DNA of 64,000 bases from Candidatus Thorarchaeota archaeon (GCA_048882325.1 JBHLRS010000002.1:131412-195411), one strand, 5' to 3'; shown: positions 10,778 to 20,808, numbered from the stretch's first letter. Program-made: numbers and translations. The notes: generated from the sequence alone by a model not told the origin.

Positions 10778-10927
10778 ATGGCTAAGAAGGAAAAGGAAGA
10801 GGAAGTGGCTGAATCTCAGAAATTAAGCGACCGCGACAAGAAAGAGATTCAAGAAGGACTATGTGTGAACTGTGCTTTGGTTTCTATATTGTTCACCATT
10901 CTTCTAATGGTGACCATGGTCCTATAG
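10778..10927 (+). CDS. small tail-anchored membrane protein (49 aa; not in ORF track)
   Basis: GGAGGT 6 nt before ATG; MAKKEKEEEVAESQKLSDRDKKEIQEGLCVNCALVSILFTILLMVTMVL*; T-tract downstream. Confidence 0.7.
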   Translation: MAKKEKEEEVAESQKLSDRDKKEIQEGLCVNCALVSILFTILLMVTMVL

Positions 10928-10981
10928 CAACTTAACCTCAATCAGGCTGGTTTTTTTCGACATGAGAATAAAGAAGGGAAG

Positions 10982-11004
10982 TGAGGGTCAAAGACAGACC
11001 CTCA
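10982..11004 (-). terminator. hairpin between convergent genes
   Basis: TGAGGGTC-N7-GACCCTCA, perfect 8-bp stem, followed by a pyrimidine tract on the minus strand. Confidence 0.55.
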
Positions 11005-11014
11005 ATTCAGCGTA

Positions 11015-12412
11015 CTAATTGCTTGCATCGTCCTCGTCGTCTTCACCAAAACGTTTTGGCTTACCAAGACGGCGACTGTCACCTATTGATAACCTGTCTG
11101 AATCAGGCGCGGATAGGTCATGTCCAGGTTCACCTGCCTTGATGCCCTCAGCTCTCTCACTTGGCCAAGATTCACCAGGGTCAGGAGTAGCATCGGCAAT
11201 CTCTTTGTCCACTTCGTCAGGGGCAAAAGTCGCTCCCTCTTCCCTGGCACGTGAAACAATGCGCTCAGTTCGCTCATATCGTAGATAGTAGAGTGCAGTG
11301 AAGATTGCAGCCAATGGAAAAGCTATGAGCTTCGCAACATCCCTGAAGAGATAGAAGAACCTCGGATCAGCTAGAATGCCTGCCTGGAACCAATCCCAGA
11401 TTTGAGTTGAGGGATTCGATGCAACTGCTATTATGCTGTCCACAAAGAAATAACCACTTGCTAGGAAGAAAGTTGCAACTGCTCCAAAGTCCCCAATCCG
11501 TCCTCCAGGTGATTCCGCAGCCTCTACCATTGTTCGCCCAATACCACTAAGGGCATATGCCAGAAAGAACAGGGACATCGCAATATCGACTGGAGTCATT
11601 CCGAAGACATTGGTCCGCCTCATGACGTTGACAAGGAAATATCCAGAGTAAAGTGCAATGAACAAGGTCAGAAAAGCAATGTTCAACGCAGCACCCTTTC
11701 CAGCATTCCGAAGGAAAGCTAAAAGCATCACCAGACAAAACAGTCCCATCATTGCGTAAGCAACAATCAGGAAATTGAACTGGTTCGCGATATTAAACGA
11801 TGCATCAACGAAGATGCTGTCAATCAATGTGCCGAGGCCAAGAATGTCGTTTGGAACAAAGTAAAGCGCAAGTAGTGCTTCAGCAGCAATTAATCCAATT
11901 CCGATTATCAAGAGTATGAAGCTACCAGTACCAATTAGAAAACCGCCTTTCTTTGGTTCGGCAATAGTAGCAATTCTCAGACTTGTTCGGGTTGACAAGT
12001 ATCCTTGGAAAGCAATCCAACCAACCCAACAGAAGATAGCAAAGAACAGCATCGCCCCCTCTCCTGCTATTATTGAGAGGAACACTGCAATCGCAAAGGA
12101 CACAACCATCCAACTTAGTCCTTTCAGCTCCGTCGTGCGACCTCTACCCCGTCTTGTTATCCATAAGCGCTCAGCACCTAAACCTGTCAGTAAGGTTCCA
12201 AGTGCGAAATATATCGTACCAGCAGAACCGATGTATGCAAAGAGATTGACAAGCAAAGTTTCAATTTCAACCCAACCTTGACTTACAACATAGTTCATCA
12301 ACCAGCCCATGAACAGTGCAAGAAAGGTAGTGGCCACAAACACAATGAAATAAGCAAGGTATCTTCGTTTCCGGAAGAAGACTCCAATACCATCAAAGAA
12401 TGGGATTCCCAA
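11015..12412 (-). CDS. polytopic membrane protein with acidic C-terminal tail
   Basis: About 10 hydrophobic segments; GGAGGT 8 nt before TTG. Confidence 0.8.
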   Translation of the reverse strand: MGIPFFDGIGVFFRKRRYLAYFIVFVATTFLALFMGWLMNYVVSQGWVEIETLLVNLFAYIGSAGTIYFALGTLLTGLGAERLWITRRGRGRTTELKGLSWMVVSFAIAVFLSIIAGEGAMLFFAIFCWVGWIAFQGYLSTRTSLRIATIAEPKKGGFLIGTGSFILLIIGIGLIAAEALLALYFVPNDILGLGTLIDSIFVDASFNIANQFNFLIVAYAMMGLFCLVMLLAFLRNAGKGAALNIAFLTLFIALYSGYFLVNVMRRTNVFGMTPVDIAMSLFFLAYALSGIGRTMVEAAESPGGRIGDFGAVATFFLASGYFFVDSIIAVASNPSTQIWDWFQAGILADPRFFYLFRDVAKLIAFPLAAIFTALYYLRYERTERIVSRAREEGATFAPDEVDKEIADATPDPGESWPSERAEGIKAGEPGHDLSAPDSDRLSIGDSRRLGKPKRFGEDDEDDASN

Positions 12413-12551
12413 TATGAGTAACCTCCCTAACTATGCAGGAGAGTGTGTTCGGACCGATATAAGGTTTGCAGCTATTCTCCCCTGTGATTCTCCACCTATC
12501 AAAGATAATAAGAAGAGAGGATGTAAACTGATAATGGGGCTGTGAGCCAAG

Positions 12552-15545
12552 ATGGCAATACGCGTTCTTATGGTAGACGACGATCCAGTTCATCTCGAAC
12601 TCAGTGAACACTTTCTAAAACGTCAGAGTTCGGAATATGAGATCGTATCAGCTGAATCACCAGAGGCGGCAATAAAACTCCTTATCGATGAGAAGTTCGA
12701 TGTTGCGGTCTGTGACATTGATCTTGGTGAAGGACACCTGTCTGGTCTCGATATTCTTGAACAAGTAAGGGTGAGTGAGAATGATATTCCAGTCATCATT
12801 TTTACAGGAAAGAGTAGAGAGGAGATTGCGATACAAGCACTTAATCTTGGAGCTGACTATTACATTCGAAAGAGCTCATCCCAAATTGAGGGATTGTATG
12901 CTGAGCTGTCATATTACATTCTTACATCGGTAGAGAAACGCAGGACTGAGAGAGCTCTCATTGAGTCAGAGCATAGACTTCAAGACAGCGAGGCAAAGCT
13001 TGCGGAGGCTCAACGAATTGCACATCTAGGACATTGGAACTGGGATATCAAGAAGGACATCATAGTGTGGTCTGATGAAACATATCGGATATTTGGACTA
13101 GCCCCACAAGAGTTCAAAGCCACTTATGATGCATTCCTCAATTCAGTTCATGAGGATGATCGGGAATTCGTACGGTTGTCAGTAGACCAAGCACTAAATG
13201 AAAACCAAGAGTATAATATTGATCATAGAGTTGTGCACCCTGATGGTAAAATTCGGTTTGTACATGAAGCAGCTGAAGTCACGTTTGATGATGAAGGTAC
13301 AGCAATACGTATGATGGGAACTGTGCAAGACATCACCGAGAGAGTGAAACAGGAATCTTTGCTCAGGGAGGAAAGCGACAAGGCGCAGAGATATCTAGAT
13401 CTAGCAGGCACAATGATACTAGCACTTGATACTGAGTACAATGTGAAACTCATTAATCAGAGGGGTTGTCAGCTCCTGGAGTGTGAAGAGGGTGACATTA
13501 TCGGGACAAACTGGATTGAGAATTATATACCTGAAGATAGCAGGAAGGTTGCTTTGGATTACCTCAATTCCTTGGTTGTCGGGGAACCGGGTGGTTCCTG
13601 TGAAATGGTTATAGAAACACCAGGAGGAACCAGGAAGAGAATCATTTGTGAAGACAGAATACTCGCTGATGATGAAGGTAATATCACGACAATCCTCTGC
13701 TCAGCTCGAGAAATCGAAGGTGCAAAAACAGTAGAGGTCTCGATGACTGATACGATGCAGACTAGGGAAGATTGGTGGAGAGGTGTATTCGACAACGCTC
13801 CTCAAACAATTGCTATTTTCGACTCTGAGGGTTTATTAATAGACATGAATAACGCAGGTATCGAGCTTCTTGGGTTGAAGAAGAAAGAGGATGCACTTGG
13901 TCTCAACCTTTACGAGGAATCAAGACTACCAGAAAACGTCATAGAGAATGTTCGAAATGGAAATGTCGCTCACTTTGAATTCAAATGGAACCATGAATAT
14001 GTAGCTGAGAAAGGCATTCTTGATACATATAGAAGAGATGTTACTTTCATGGATGTCACTCTTTCGCAGATGCGAACCAATGATGGACGCGAGCTTGGTT
14101 TCGTTATGCATGTATCAGATATCACTGAGAGGGAAATGACTGAAACAGCTCTCAGGGCAAATGAAGAAATGTTTAGAACGATATTCGAAGAGTCACCAAT
14201 CTGCATAGAACTCTTTGATTCTGATGGGAGATTAGTGAGAGCTAATCAGGCAACCTTGGACCTATTTGGGATAAATGACATCGATGACCTAATAGGATTC
14301 GACCTATTTGCAGATCCCAATACTCCAGATTATGTTAAGGACAGCCTACGCACAGGTAATATTGCCATCTCAGATGCTCGATTCGATTTCTCAAAAGTCA
14401 AGGTTCACGAGCTCTACAAGACTAGCAAGAGTGGGGTTATGCATCTTGACTGTGTATATTCTCCAATAAAATACGGAAAGGAAGAGTATCTTCAAGGATT
14501 CATCGTTCATATTCAGAATGTGACTGATAGGGCATTAGCAGAACAAGCCCTCATGGAGAGTAGAGAGAGTTTCAAGGAACTCTATAACAATGCACTGGTC
14601 GGATTATTCAGGGCGAGGATTTCTGATGGCATGATTCTTGAGTGTAATGAACGATTTGTGGAGAAACTTGGATTTGAGAGCAAAGCATCTGTTATTGATG
14701 GTTCAGGCTTTATTAGGGATATTCTACTTCAACCCAAGGAGTGGGAGTCACTGAAGAGCAAGCTCAGAAACGACCAAAGAGTAGTGACAGAACTTCCGGT
14801 TTCAACAAGGGATGGGACCCAAAAGTGGATGCGCTTTTCCCTCAGTCTATGGGCTGAGAAGGGCTATATTGAGGGGGTTATTGTTGAAATCACAGAAGAG
14901 AAACAAGCACTTGAGATGCTAAAGAAACAGAAAGAGGAACTCAGTGACTTTGCACACACAATGAGTCATGACTTGAAAAACATCTTTCATAATATGTTGG
15001 GGTTCATCGAGCTCATCGAGGAGGAACAAAGCTTTGCCCACCTCACCAAACTTCGAAGTCTTCTAAATGAAACTGGTGAGATGGTTGACCATTCAGTAGC
15101 TTTGGCAGATGCAGGATTGATCATTGAAGAAACAATGAACGTGGATCTTGCATCTCTTGTCAGAGAGGTGGCAGAGTCGATCATTCCCGACAATGTTGCC
15201 TACTCTCAAGACAACTTGCCGATCGTACATGCGGACCAGCGAAAGGTCGCACAAATCTTCAGGAATCTCTTTGACAATGCCATCCAACATGGACAGCCAA
15301 ATCGAATTGAAGTCACGAGTACCAAGAAGAATCAAACATTTTTGATCCGAGTGATAAATGATGGCAAAACTATACCAGACGCCCTCCGTTCGAAAATCTT
15401 TCTGCGTGGATTTACAACTAGTAAGAACGGTCAGGGTTTTGGATTAGCGATTGTACGACGCCTTGTAGAGGCTCACGGGTGGACCATTCAGCTCCTTGGA
15501 GATGGTACAACAACCTTTGAAATCCAGATACCATTACAGGATTAA
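12552..15545 (+). CDS. hybrid sensor histidine kinase (REC-multiple PAS-HisKA-HATPase)
   Basis: VDDD/CDIDL receiver; repeated PAS motifs; SHDLKN H-box, NLFDNAIQHG N-box, GQGFGL G2 box. Confidence 0.93.
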   Translation: MAIRVLMVDDDPVHLELSEHFLKRQSSEYEIVSAESPEAAIKLLIDEKFDVAVCDIDLGEGHLSGLDILEQVRVSENDIPVIIFTGKSREEIAIQALNLGADYYIRKSSSQIEGLYAELSYYILTSVEKRRTERALIESEHRLQDSEAKLAEAQRIAHLGHWNWDIKKDIIVWSDETYRIFGLAPQEFKATYDAFLNSVHEDDREFVRLSVDQALNENQEYNIDHRVVHPDGKIRFVHEAAEVTFDDEGTAIRMMGTVQDITERVKQESLLREESDKAQRYLDLAGTMILALDTEYNVKLINQRGCQLLECEEGDIIGTNWIENYIPEDSRKVALDYLNSLVVGEPGGSCEMVIETPGGTRKRIICEDRILADDEGNITTILCSAREIEGAKTVEVSMTDTMQTREDWWRGVFDNAPQTIAIFDSEGLLIDMNNAGIELLGLKKKEDALGLNLYEESRLPENVIENVRNGNVAHFEFKWNHEYVAEKGILDTYRRDVTFMDVTLSQMRTNDGRELGFVMHVSDITEREMTETALRANEEMFRTIFEESPICIELFDSDGRLVRANQATLDLFGINDIDDLIGFDLFADPNTPDYVKDSLRTGNIAISDARFDFSKVKVHELYKTSKSGVMHLDCVYSPIKYGKEEYLQGFIVHIQNVTDRALAEQALMESRESFKELYNNALVGLFRARISDGMILECNERFVEKLGFESKASVIDGSGFIRDILLQPKEWESLKSKLRNDQRVVTELPVSTRDGTQKWMRFSLSLWAEKGYIEGVIVEITEEKQALEMLKKQKEELSDFAHTMSHDLKNIFHNMLGFIELIEEEQSFAHLTKLRSLLNETGEMVDHSVALADAGLIIEETMNVDLASLVREVAESIIPDNVAYSQDNLPIVHADQRKVAQIFRNLFDNAIQHGQPNRIEVTSTKKNQTFLIRVINDGKTIPDALRSKIFLRGFTTSKNGQGFGLAIVRRLVEAHGWTIQLLGDGTTTFEIQIPLQD

Positions 15546-15695
15546 TTCGAAATGCAGAAATGTACATAACGGCGTTAATTTCTTCACAGAGGGGCAAGCT
15601 TAATAGGTTAGGGATATAAACAATAGGCGTGGTCAGAGAACCGGTAGGGCCTAGTTTTCGTAACATGCCCTCATTACATAACTCCCCCCCCTCCT

Positions 15696-15734
15696 ACCAC
15701 ATTGAGCTCTGCCGCAAACTGGCCACACCTTTTC
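15696..15734. repeat. copy of the MFS gene 3' end (att-like repeat, copy 1)
   Basis: ACCACATTGAGCTCTGCCGCAAACTGGCC matches 16956-16984 at 28/29 nt; GCCACACCTTTTC is shared with 16297-16309. Confidence 0.85.
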
Positions 15735-15798
15735 ATTCATTACAATGCAAAACGTTGAAATCCAGATTGATTGATATGAAAAAGGGAGGAGCACGAAC

Positions 15799-16244
15799 AT
15801 GATGAAACCATTTGGATTCATCTACATCTTTGCGTTTGCTTGTGCGATTGTTTTTTCCTAACCCGAAGGGAACTGAGGACCAAAAATACTCCCGCAGGTT
15901 CTCGTAAAGAGAAGTCCCTCCATGGCCTTAATTTGGTGTCTCTCGGATGGTTATTTACTTGGACATTCATGATGTTATTCTTGGAAACATTGCTTATCAC
16001 TAGTCCAGTTGATCTTTGGGAAGCTGCAAGTGAGTTCATGAATGGAGCGATAACCATCAATCCATTGTTAGCTATCTTCTCAATAGCATTTAACTCGATA
16101 TTGCTTTTCGTTGGAGGATGGTCTATGGATCCGAGAGCGAGCTATGTACCAGTAACCTCATTTTCTGGAAAATGGCCAATTGGACTAATTAGTTTCTTTA
16201 CACTTGCAGGTATAATTGGAGTGCTAAGTGGATTGTTAATCTGA
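15799..16244 (+). pseudogene. membrane protein with a frameshift at the T6 tract (15851-15856)
   Basis: GGAGG + ATG 15799 gives MMKPFGFIYIFAFACAIVF then a stop; one extra T joins it to the ORF 15840-16244 frame (FLTRRELR...). Confidence 0.65.
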
Positions 16245-16274
16245 AAGAACAGCAGAGTCACTTACGCAATCAAA

Positions 16275-16309
16275 CTCCGCCGCAACCTGTGACCTAGCCA
16301 CACCTTTTC
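16275..16309. repeat. degenerate att-like repeat, copy 2
   Basis: CTCCGCCGCAACCTG resembles the core; GCCACACCTTTTC is identical to the copy 1 arm. Confidence 0.65.
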
Positions 16310-16420
16310 TACGCTTCAACACTAATTTTCATTAAAGCGAGCTTATTCAAATAAATGAAAGTCTTATTAGAAAACCGACGCTCATTCTGTGGCAATCGCG
16401 TGAAGGGAGGTGAAGATGTA

Positions 16421-16882
16421 ATGAGTATGTCAAAGAGAGTAGGTGTTGCTGTAATCGGAACAATCTTCCTTGTAGCACTGGTGTCTGCAGTGCCCGTGGA
16501 AGCGAAAACACCGATTAGATGGGACTATGTAGCTGATTATATTGGATATTACTCCTATCCCGACTGGTATGGTGAGCTTGTGGGAGAGAATGCAGAAATT
16601 GGCATTTTCATCACAGATGTAGTATTCCTATCCAATGGTCAGAAGTTAGATGCAATCTGGTGGATTGAATTCGATGATGGAGAATATCTTGAAGGAACAA
16701 TGAAGGGATTTTTCGTCTACACAACACATGATAATCTCTATGATGGAGGTCAATATGTCCTGAATGGCGAGGTGACAGATACTTCCCCAGACTGGTCGGA
16801 TTGGAATGGACGAAATGTACATGTCATGGGATTTGTGACGCCCTGGCCTTGGGTAACCAATGGAGTGTTCCAGATAAACTAA
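16421..16882 (+). CDS. secreted hypothetical beta-rich protein
   Basis: GGAGGTGA RBS; signal peptide ending in VEA-K; aromatic/Gly-rich mature part. Confidence 0.8.
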   Translation: MSMSKRVGVAVIGTIFLVALVSAVPVEAKTPIRWDYVADYIGYYSYPDWYGELVGENAEIGIFITDVVFLSNGQKLDAIWWIEFDDGEYLEGTMKGFFVYTTHDNLYDGGQYVLNGEVTDTSPDWSDWNGRNVHVMGFVTPWPWVTNGVFQIN

Positions 16883-16950
16883 GGGAGGTCCAACTAATAT
16901 CATAACTAAGGAGGGGTTGGTCAATAATCGATCCCTTCAGTTTTCTTTCT

Positions 16951-18222
16951 TTAAGACCACATTGAGCTCTGCCGCAATCTGGCCTCATCTTCCTCTGGTG
17001 GAGGGCCACTCGTCGTGCCAAAGAAGTAGTAGAAAATGACTATACTTACAGAATACAGAATTGTTGCTAAGGCAAATGGCATGCGTAGGAATCCTGCACC
17101 TAACAACCATCCTCCGATGTTGAGACCTACAGCCCGACTCAGAGAGTCACCCGCATTAATAATACCCATGGCTGTTGACCGCTCCATCTTGTCGAGACCC
17201 TCCATATAGAAGACATCCATTACAGGCCATGCGATATTCATAAACAGAGCTCTCCCAACAAAGCCAAAAACAGCAATTGAAAGAATGGGCGACCAAGAGA
17301 GAATCATAAGAAATGGGATAGAGAGCACCTGAAACCAGATTATCGTTCCAAGCTTTCCAAATCTGTCAACGATTGCTGGAGATGCGAAGTTACCACCTGC
17401 CATGACTAGTGTATTGATTCCGAAGATAATGCCAATTGTGGCAGAGTCTGCTGCAAATGCCAGAGTGAAAAACACATTGAAGAACTGAACAAAGAGTCCA
17501 GCCCCCAAACCTGATACAGACCATGCAAGTGCATACTTACCAATAAAGTCCCTATGACGGATATGACCAAATCCGAATCTTCTTCGTGGTCCTTCAACTG
17601 TATCTGTAGTCATAGGAACAATGATGAGAGCTCCTATTGACATGGGGATAAGCGCTATCCAAAGTGACAATCTATACGCCATTGATAGATCTACAGCAAT
17701 TCCCAGATTGTTCCAGACTGTTGGCAGGAAACCTCCTATCACTGAGCCAAATAGACTAGCAAGCAGAAAGAATGCAAATCTAATAGTGAAGACATGAACT
17801 CGTTCCTCATCAGTTGTAACACTCACGGTGTAGGGCTGCCAACAAACCCCAGTTATTCCAAACCCGACCCCATTGAGTAATTGCGAAAAGATTAGGTATA
17901 ACGGATTCAGCGTAGAGTATTGAATAAACACCGAAAGCAATACGATTGTGTATCCGACCAGGAGCATCTTCTTCCTGGAGAAACGATCAGCAAGCATTCC
18001 AATGCCAATAGCTAACAATCCAGTGAGGGATATTGATATTGAAAGAAAGAAACCGATAAAGGACTCCTCAAAACCTGCTTCAAGAAGATACAGATTGAAA
18101 AGTACATCATTGATTCCGTAGCCAAAAGCCCAAGCCATCCAAGTACCAATTGTCAATCGAGCGTCTCGACTGATCAGGTGTATCCTTTCCATGTAAGATA
18201 GACGTGCAGGCTCAATGGACAT
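16951..18222 (-). CDS. MFS transporter
   Basis: GMLADRFSRKK motif A; about 12 TM. Confidence 0.92.
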   Translation of the reverse strand: MSIEPARLSYMERIHLISRDARLTIGTWMAWAFGYGINDVLFNLYLLEAGFEESFIGFFLSISISLTGLLAIGIGMLADRFSRKKMLLVGYTIVLLSVFIQYSTLNPLYLIFSQLLNGVGFGITGVCWQPYTVSVTTDEERVHVFTIRFAFFLLASLFGSVIGGFLPTVWNNLGIAVDLSMAYRLSLWIALIPMSIGALIIVPMTTDTVEGPRRRFGFGHIRHRDFIGKYALAWSVSGLGAGLFVQFFNVFFTLAFAADSATIGIIFGINTLVMAGGNFASPAIVDRFGKLGTIIWFQVLSIPFLMILSWSPILSIAVFGFVGRALFMNIAWPVMDVFYMEGLDKMERSTAMGIINAGDSLSRAVGLNIGGWLLGAGFLRMPFALATILYSVSIVIFYYFFGTTSGPPPEEDEARLRQSSMWS

Positions 18223-18347
18223 ATCAGGGAGCTCTGAAAAGGTGCTTTTCTTATTTCGCCTGTGCGTAGTTTTGAATCCAGAGATGTGGAACCAACTTGA
18301 TTCTTAGCGGGTAGGAATTTGCGGCACATGATTGTAAACATAATACT

Positions 18348-18371
18348 TATTACATATTACGTATTACATAT
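18348..18371. promoter_or_regulatory. tandem 7-bp repeats TATTAC(A/G) x3 in a divergent intergenic region
   Basis: TATTACA TATTACG TATTACA TAT. Confidence 0.35.
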
Positions 18372-18425
18372 ATCATCTGTAAGTTTGTATTGTGACGAAC
18401 TGGCAGATAAGAAGTGTGGGAAAGG

Positions 18426-18773
18426 ATGCAAGAAACTGATCTGAACAGGAGGCTTAGCGACAGATTACCAGCAAGGATCAAGCAGGTTTCCTATCTGCAA
18501 CTGATTGTTAACACCTCCGTAACGAAGTTGTTCCGGATAGTTGGAGGCATGCTTCTTGCGGTAGCACTACTAATACCATTGTTCATAATCCCGATATCGG
18601 TGATTCTTGTTTTACCTTCAGAGGTGTATCTACTTGACTGGGTGCACACACAATATACGAAGTCTCTTGCAAAGAAATCCATATTTGATCGATCGAGTGA
18701 ATCTCACAATGATTTCGATGATGCAGAACACAAACGTACTGCACTATCAAGAAGTCAGGAATTCACGAGATAG
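18426..18773 (+). CDS. hypothetical membrane protein
   Basis: ORF with one long hydrophobic segment; hairpin follows the stop. Confidence 0.55.
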   Translation: MQETDLNRRLSDRLPARIKQVSYLQLIVNTSVTKLFRIVGGMLLAVALLIPLFIIPISVILVLPSEVYLLDWVHTQYTKSLAKKSIFDRSSESHNDFDDAEHKRTALSRSQEFTR

Positions 18774-18921
18774 TCATACATACTCGTGTTGGACGGGAGT
18801 ATACAGCTCCCGTTCTTTTATTTCTCAATCTATGGGTTGTGCGCTTCAAAAAATAACAACAAGTGAGAGCGAGATTTGCTACAGAAGTGCTATTAAGACA
18901 TATCGAGGAATGGCTTTTGTC

Positions 18922-19941
18922 ATGGGAAAGATCAATGTTCTGTTCATTTGGAAGCCTCGTGAGGAGTTAGAAAACTACCTGCGAAAAGGACTTGCACAAC
19001 TTGAGAATGTCAAGCTTCTGTTCCCGGAGGAGGAAGCAGAAGAGGTGTATTTGAGGGGTGCGCCTCATGCTAGTGTGGTGGTGGGATGGCGGCCAACACG
19101 AGAGTTTCTTGATGCAGCAGTGAACCTCCGTTTGTTCATCAATCCAGGTGTTGGCATACAACATCACCTCGAATCCTTCAGAGAGATTACTAAGACAAGG
19201 GAGGTGGTTCTGGTGAACGGACATGGAAATACATACTTCACTGCACAGCATGCAGTCGCTTTGCTCTTTGCTTTGACAAACAAAGTTGTCCCTCATCACA
19301 ACTGGATGGTAGATGGGCTGTGGAGGCGAGGTGACAGCTACGGAAAGTCAACACCCATGAAGTATCGAAACGTGGGGCTACTAGGTTATGGAGCAGTCAA
19401 TCGAAAGGTTCACAAATTCCTCTCCGGCTTTAATGTCAAGTTCCATATCTGTCGAAACACTTGGATGGGGAATAATAATGAACTCCCAACACCCGCTGTG
19501 AAGTATCATCCTGATGAGCTTGATTCATTTCTGAAACACATTGATACACTCATAGTTGCTATACCACAGACTCCAGACACGATAGGACTGATTGGCCAAG
19601 CTGAACTGGAATTGCTTGGCACAGATGGTCTAATTGTGAATGTGGGTAGAGGCCCTGTGATTGATGAGGATGCTCTGTTCAGAGCGCTATCAGAGAAAAC
19701 CATTGCTGGGGCTGCCATTGATGTCTGGTACGAATATCGACCAGATCCCGATGAGGATGATCGGAGATATCCGTTTCATCATCCGTTCCATCAATTAGAC
19801 AATGTCGTCCTATCACCACACCGAGGGGCATCACCTATGGATGACCTAGAACGTTGGAATGAAGTGATTGAGAATATCACGCGATTTGCTAATGGGCGAA
19901 CTGACTTTTTGAACATAGTCGATCTAGAAAGGGGATACTAG
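18922..19941 (+). CDS. D-isomer-specific 2-hydroxyacid dehydrogenase
   Basis: GLLGYGAV, IVNVGRG, AAIDVW, SPHRG. Confidence 0.92.
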   Translation: MGKINVLFIWKPREELENYLRKGLAQLENVKLLFPEEEAEEVYLRGAPHASVVVGWRPTREFLDAAVNLRLFINPGVGIQHHLESFREITKTREVVLVNGHGNTYFTAQHAVALLFALTNKVVPHHNWMVDGLWRRGDSYGKSTPMKYRNVGLLGYGAVNRKVHKFLSGFNVKFHICRNTWMGNNNELPTPAVKYHPDELDSFLKHIDTLIVAIPQTPDTIGLIGQAELELLGTDGLIVNVGRGPVIDEDALFRALSEKTIAGAAIDVWYEYRPDPDEDDRRYPFHHPFHQLDNVVLSPHRGASPMDDLERWNEVIENITRFANGRTDFLNIVDLERGY

Positions 19942-19944
19942 TTT

Positions 19945-20808
19945 CTACACATCCTCTAACTCATCAGTCCTTAACGTCAGTTTTCGTGGATTGGCTAACA
20001 GACTGAGTTCATACCTTTGTTGCGTTGGTTCACGGGCTCCTTTTTTCCACTGATTCATACCCTTCCTGAGCTTCTTCCGAATCCTTTCACGGTAGTTTAC
20101 CATGATTGCAAAGCATTGAAGAATCCTGCAAAACCACTCATTTTCAGCAAGAACAGGATCCTTGATTCTGACCTTATATTCCCCACCAAGATCCCCAAAC
20201 TTGCTATCGATTTTGGCTACGACTTTACGTCCGTTAAGTCGAATTACTCTGAAATCGTCACCAAGTGTGACGCGAGTCCCTTCAATTCTGAAGACCTCAA
20301 ATGACTTTTCAGGACCCAATAAATAGAAAGAATAGTTCTCAGTTGAGAGACCTCCACGTTTAAGTTGCCTTACCCATGTCACAAACTCATTCTCATTGGT
20401 CAGGACAGTAAATGCGACTAGTGGTTCCCCTGAAGCGAAACTCAGTGCATATTCTTCAGCTACCATTTCTTCTAAAGTGGCTGTCCAACCACCACTATTG
20501 GAGAACAACTTCACCACCAATCGACGGTCTAGCTCATCTTCAGCTCGCCTCCAGAGTGACTGACGAAGAATTATGAATCCAACTCTTTCTGGTTTTGAAA
20601 GCCTTTTCCCATCAACAGGTCGTTTTCTCTCTACAATCTTTCCAACAATATCAGCATCACGAGAATACTGTCGACTCTTAGCCCGCCACATCTCAGCTTG
20701 GCGAAAGCCCATCTCTTCGTGATGGAAGCCAGTAGAATATAGGTCCTGTGAGAAAACACGATAAACCGGACCAACTTTCCTTGGGTCTTTGTTAGGCATG
20801 GACATCAC
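19945..20808 (-). CDS. hypothetical protein, possible Tubby-C/LURP-one (scramblase-like) fold
   Basis: FRIEG..LGDDFRV..GRKVVAKIDSKFGDLGGEYKVRI followed by a C-terminal helix. Confidence 0.6.
   Translation of the reverse strand: MMSMPNKDPRKVGPVYRVFSQDLYSTGFHHEEMGFRQAEMWRAKSRQYSRDADIVGKIVERKRPVDGKRLSKPERVGFIILRQSLWRRAEDELDRRLVVKLFSNSGGWTATLEEMVAEEYALSFASGEPLVAFTVLTNENEFVTWVRQLKRGGLSTENYSFYLLGPEKSFEVFRIEGTRVTLGDDFRVIRLNGRKVVAKIDSKFGDLGGEYKVRIKDPVLAENEWFCRILQCFAIMVNYRERIRKKLRKGMNQWKKGAREPTQQRYELSLLANPRKLTLRTDELEDV

Noticed and set aside
15696-16984. CRISPR array or IS element as explanation of the repeats
   Set aside because: Intervals are about 580-680 bp and gene-sized; no cas gene, transposase or terminal inverted repeats
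18607-18921. Long N-terminal extension of the dehydrogenase ORF
   Set aside because: Overlaps the upstream gene and its hairpin; the recognisable domain begins near 18910-18922
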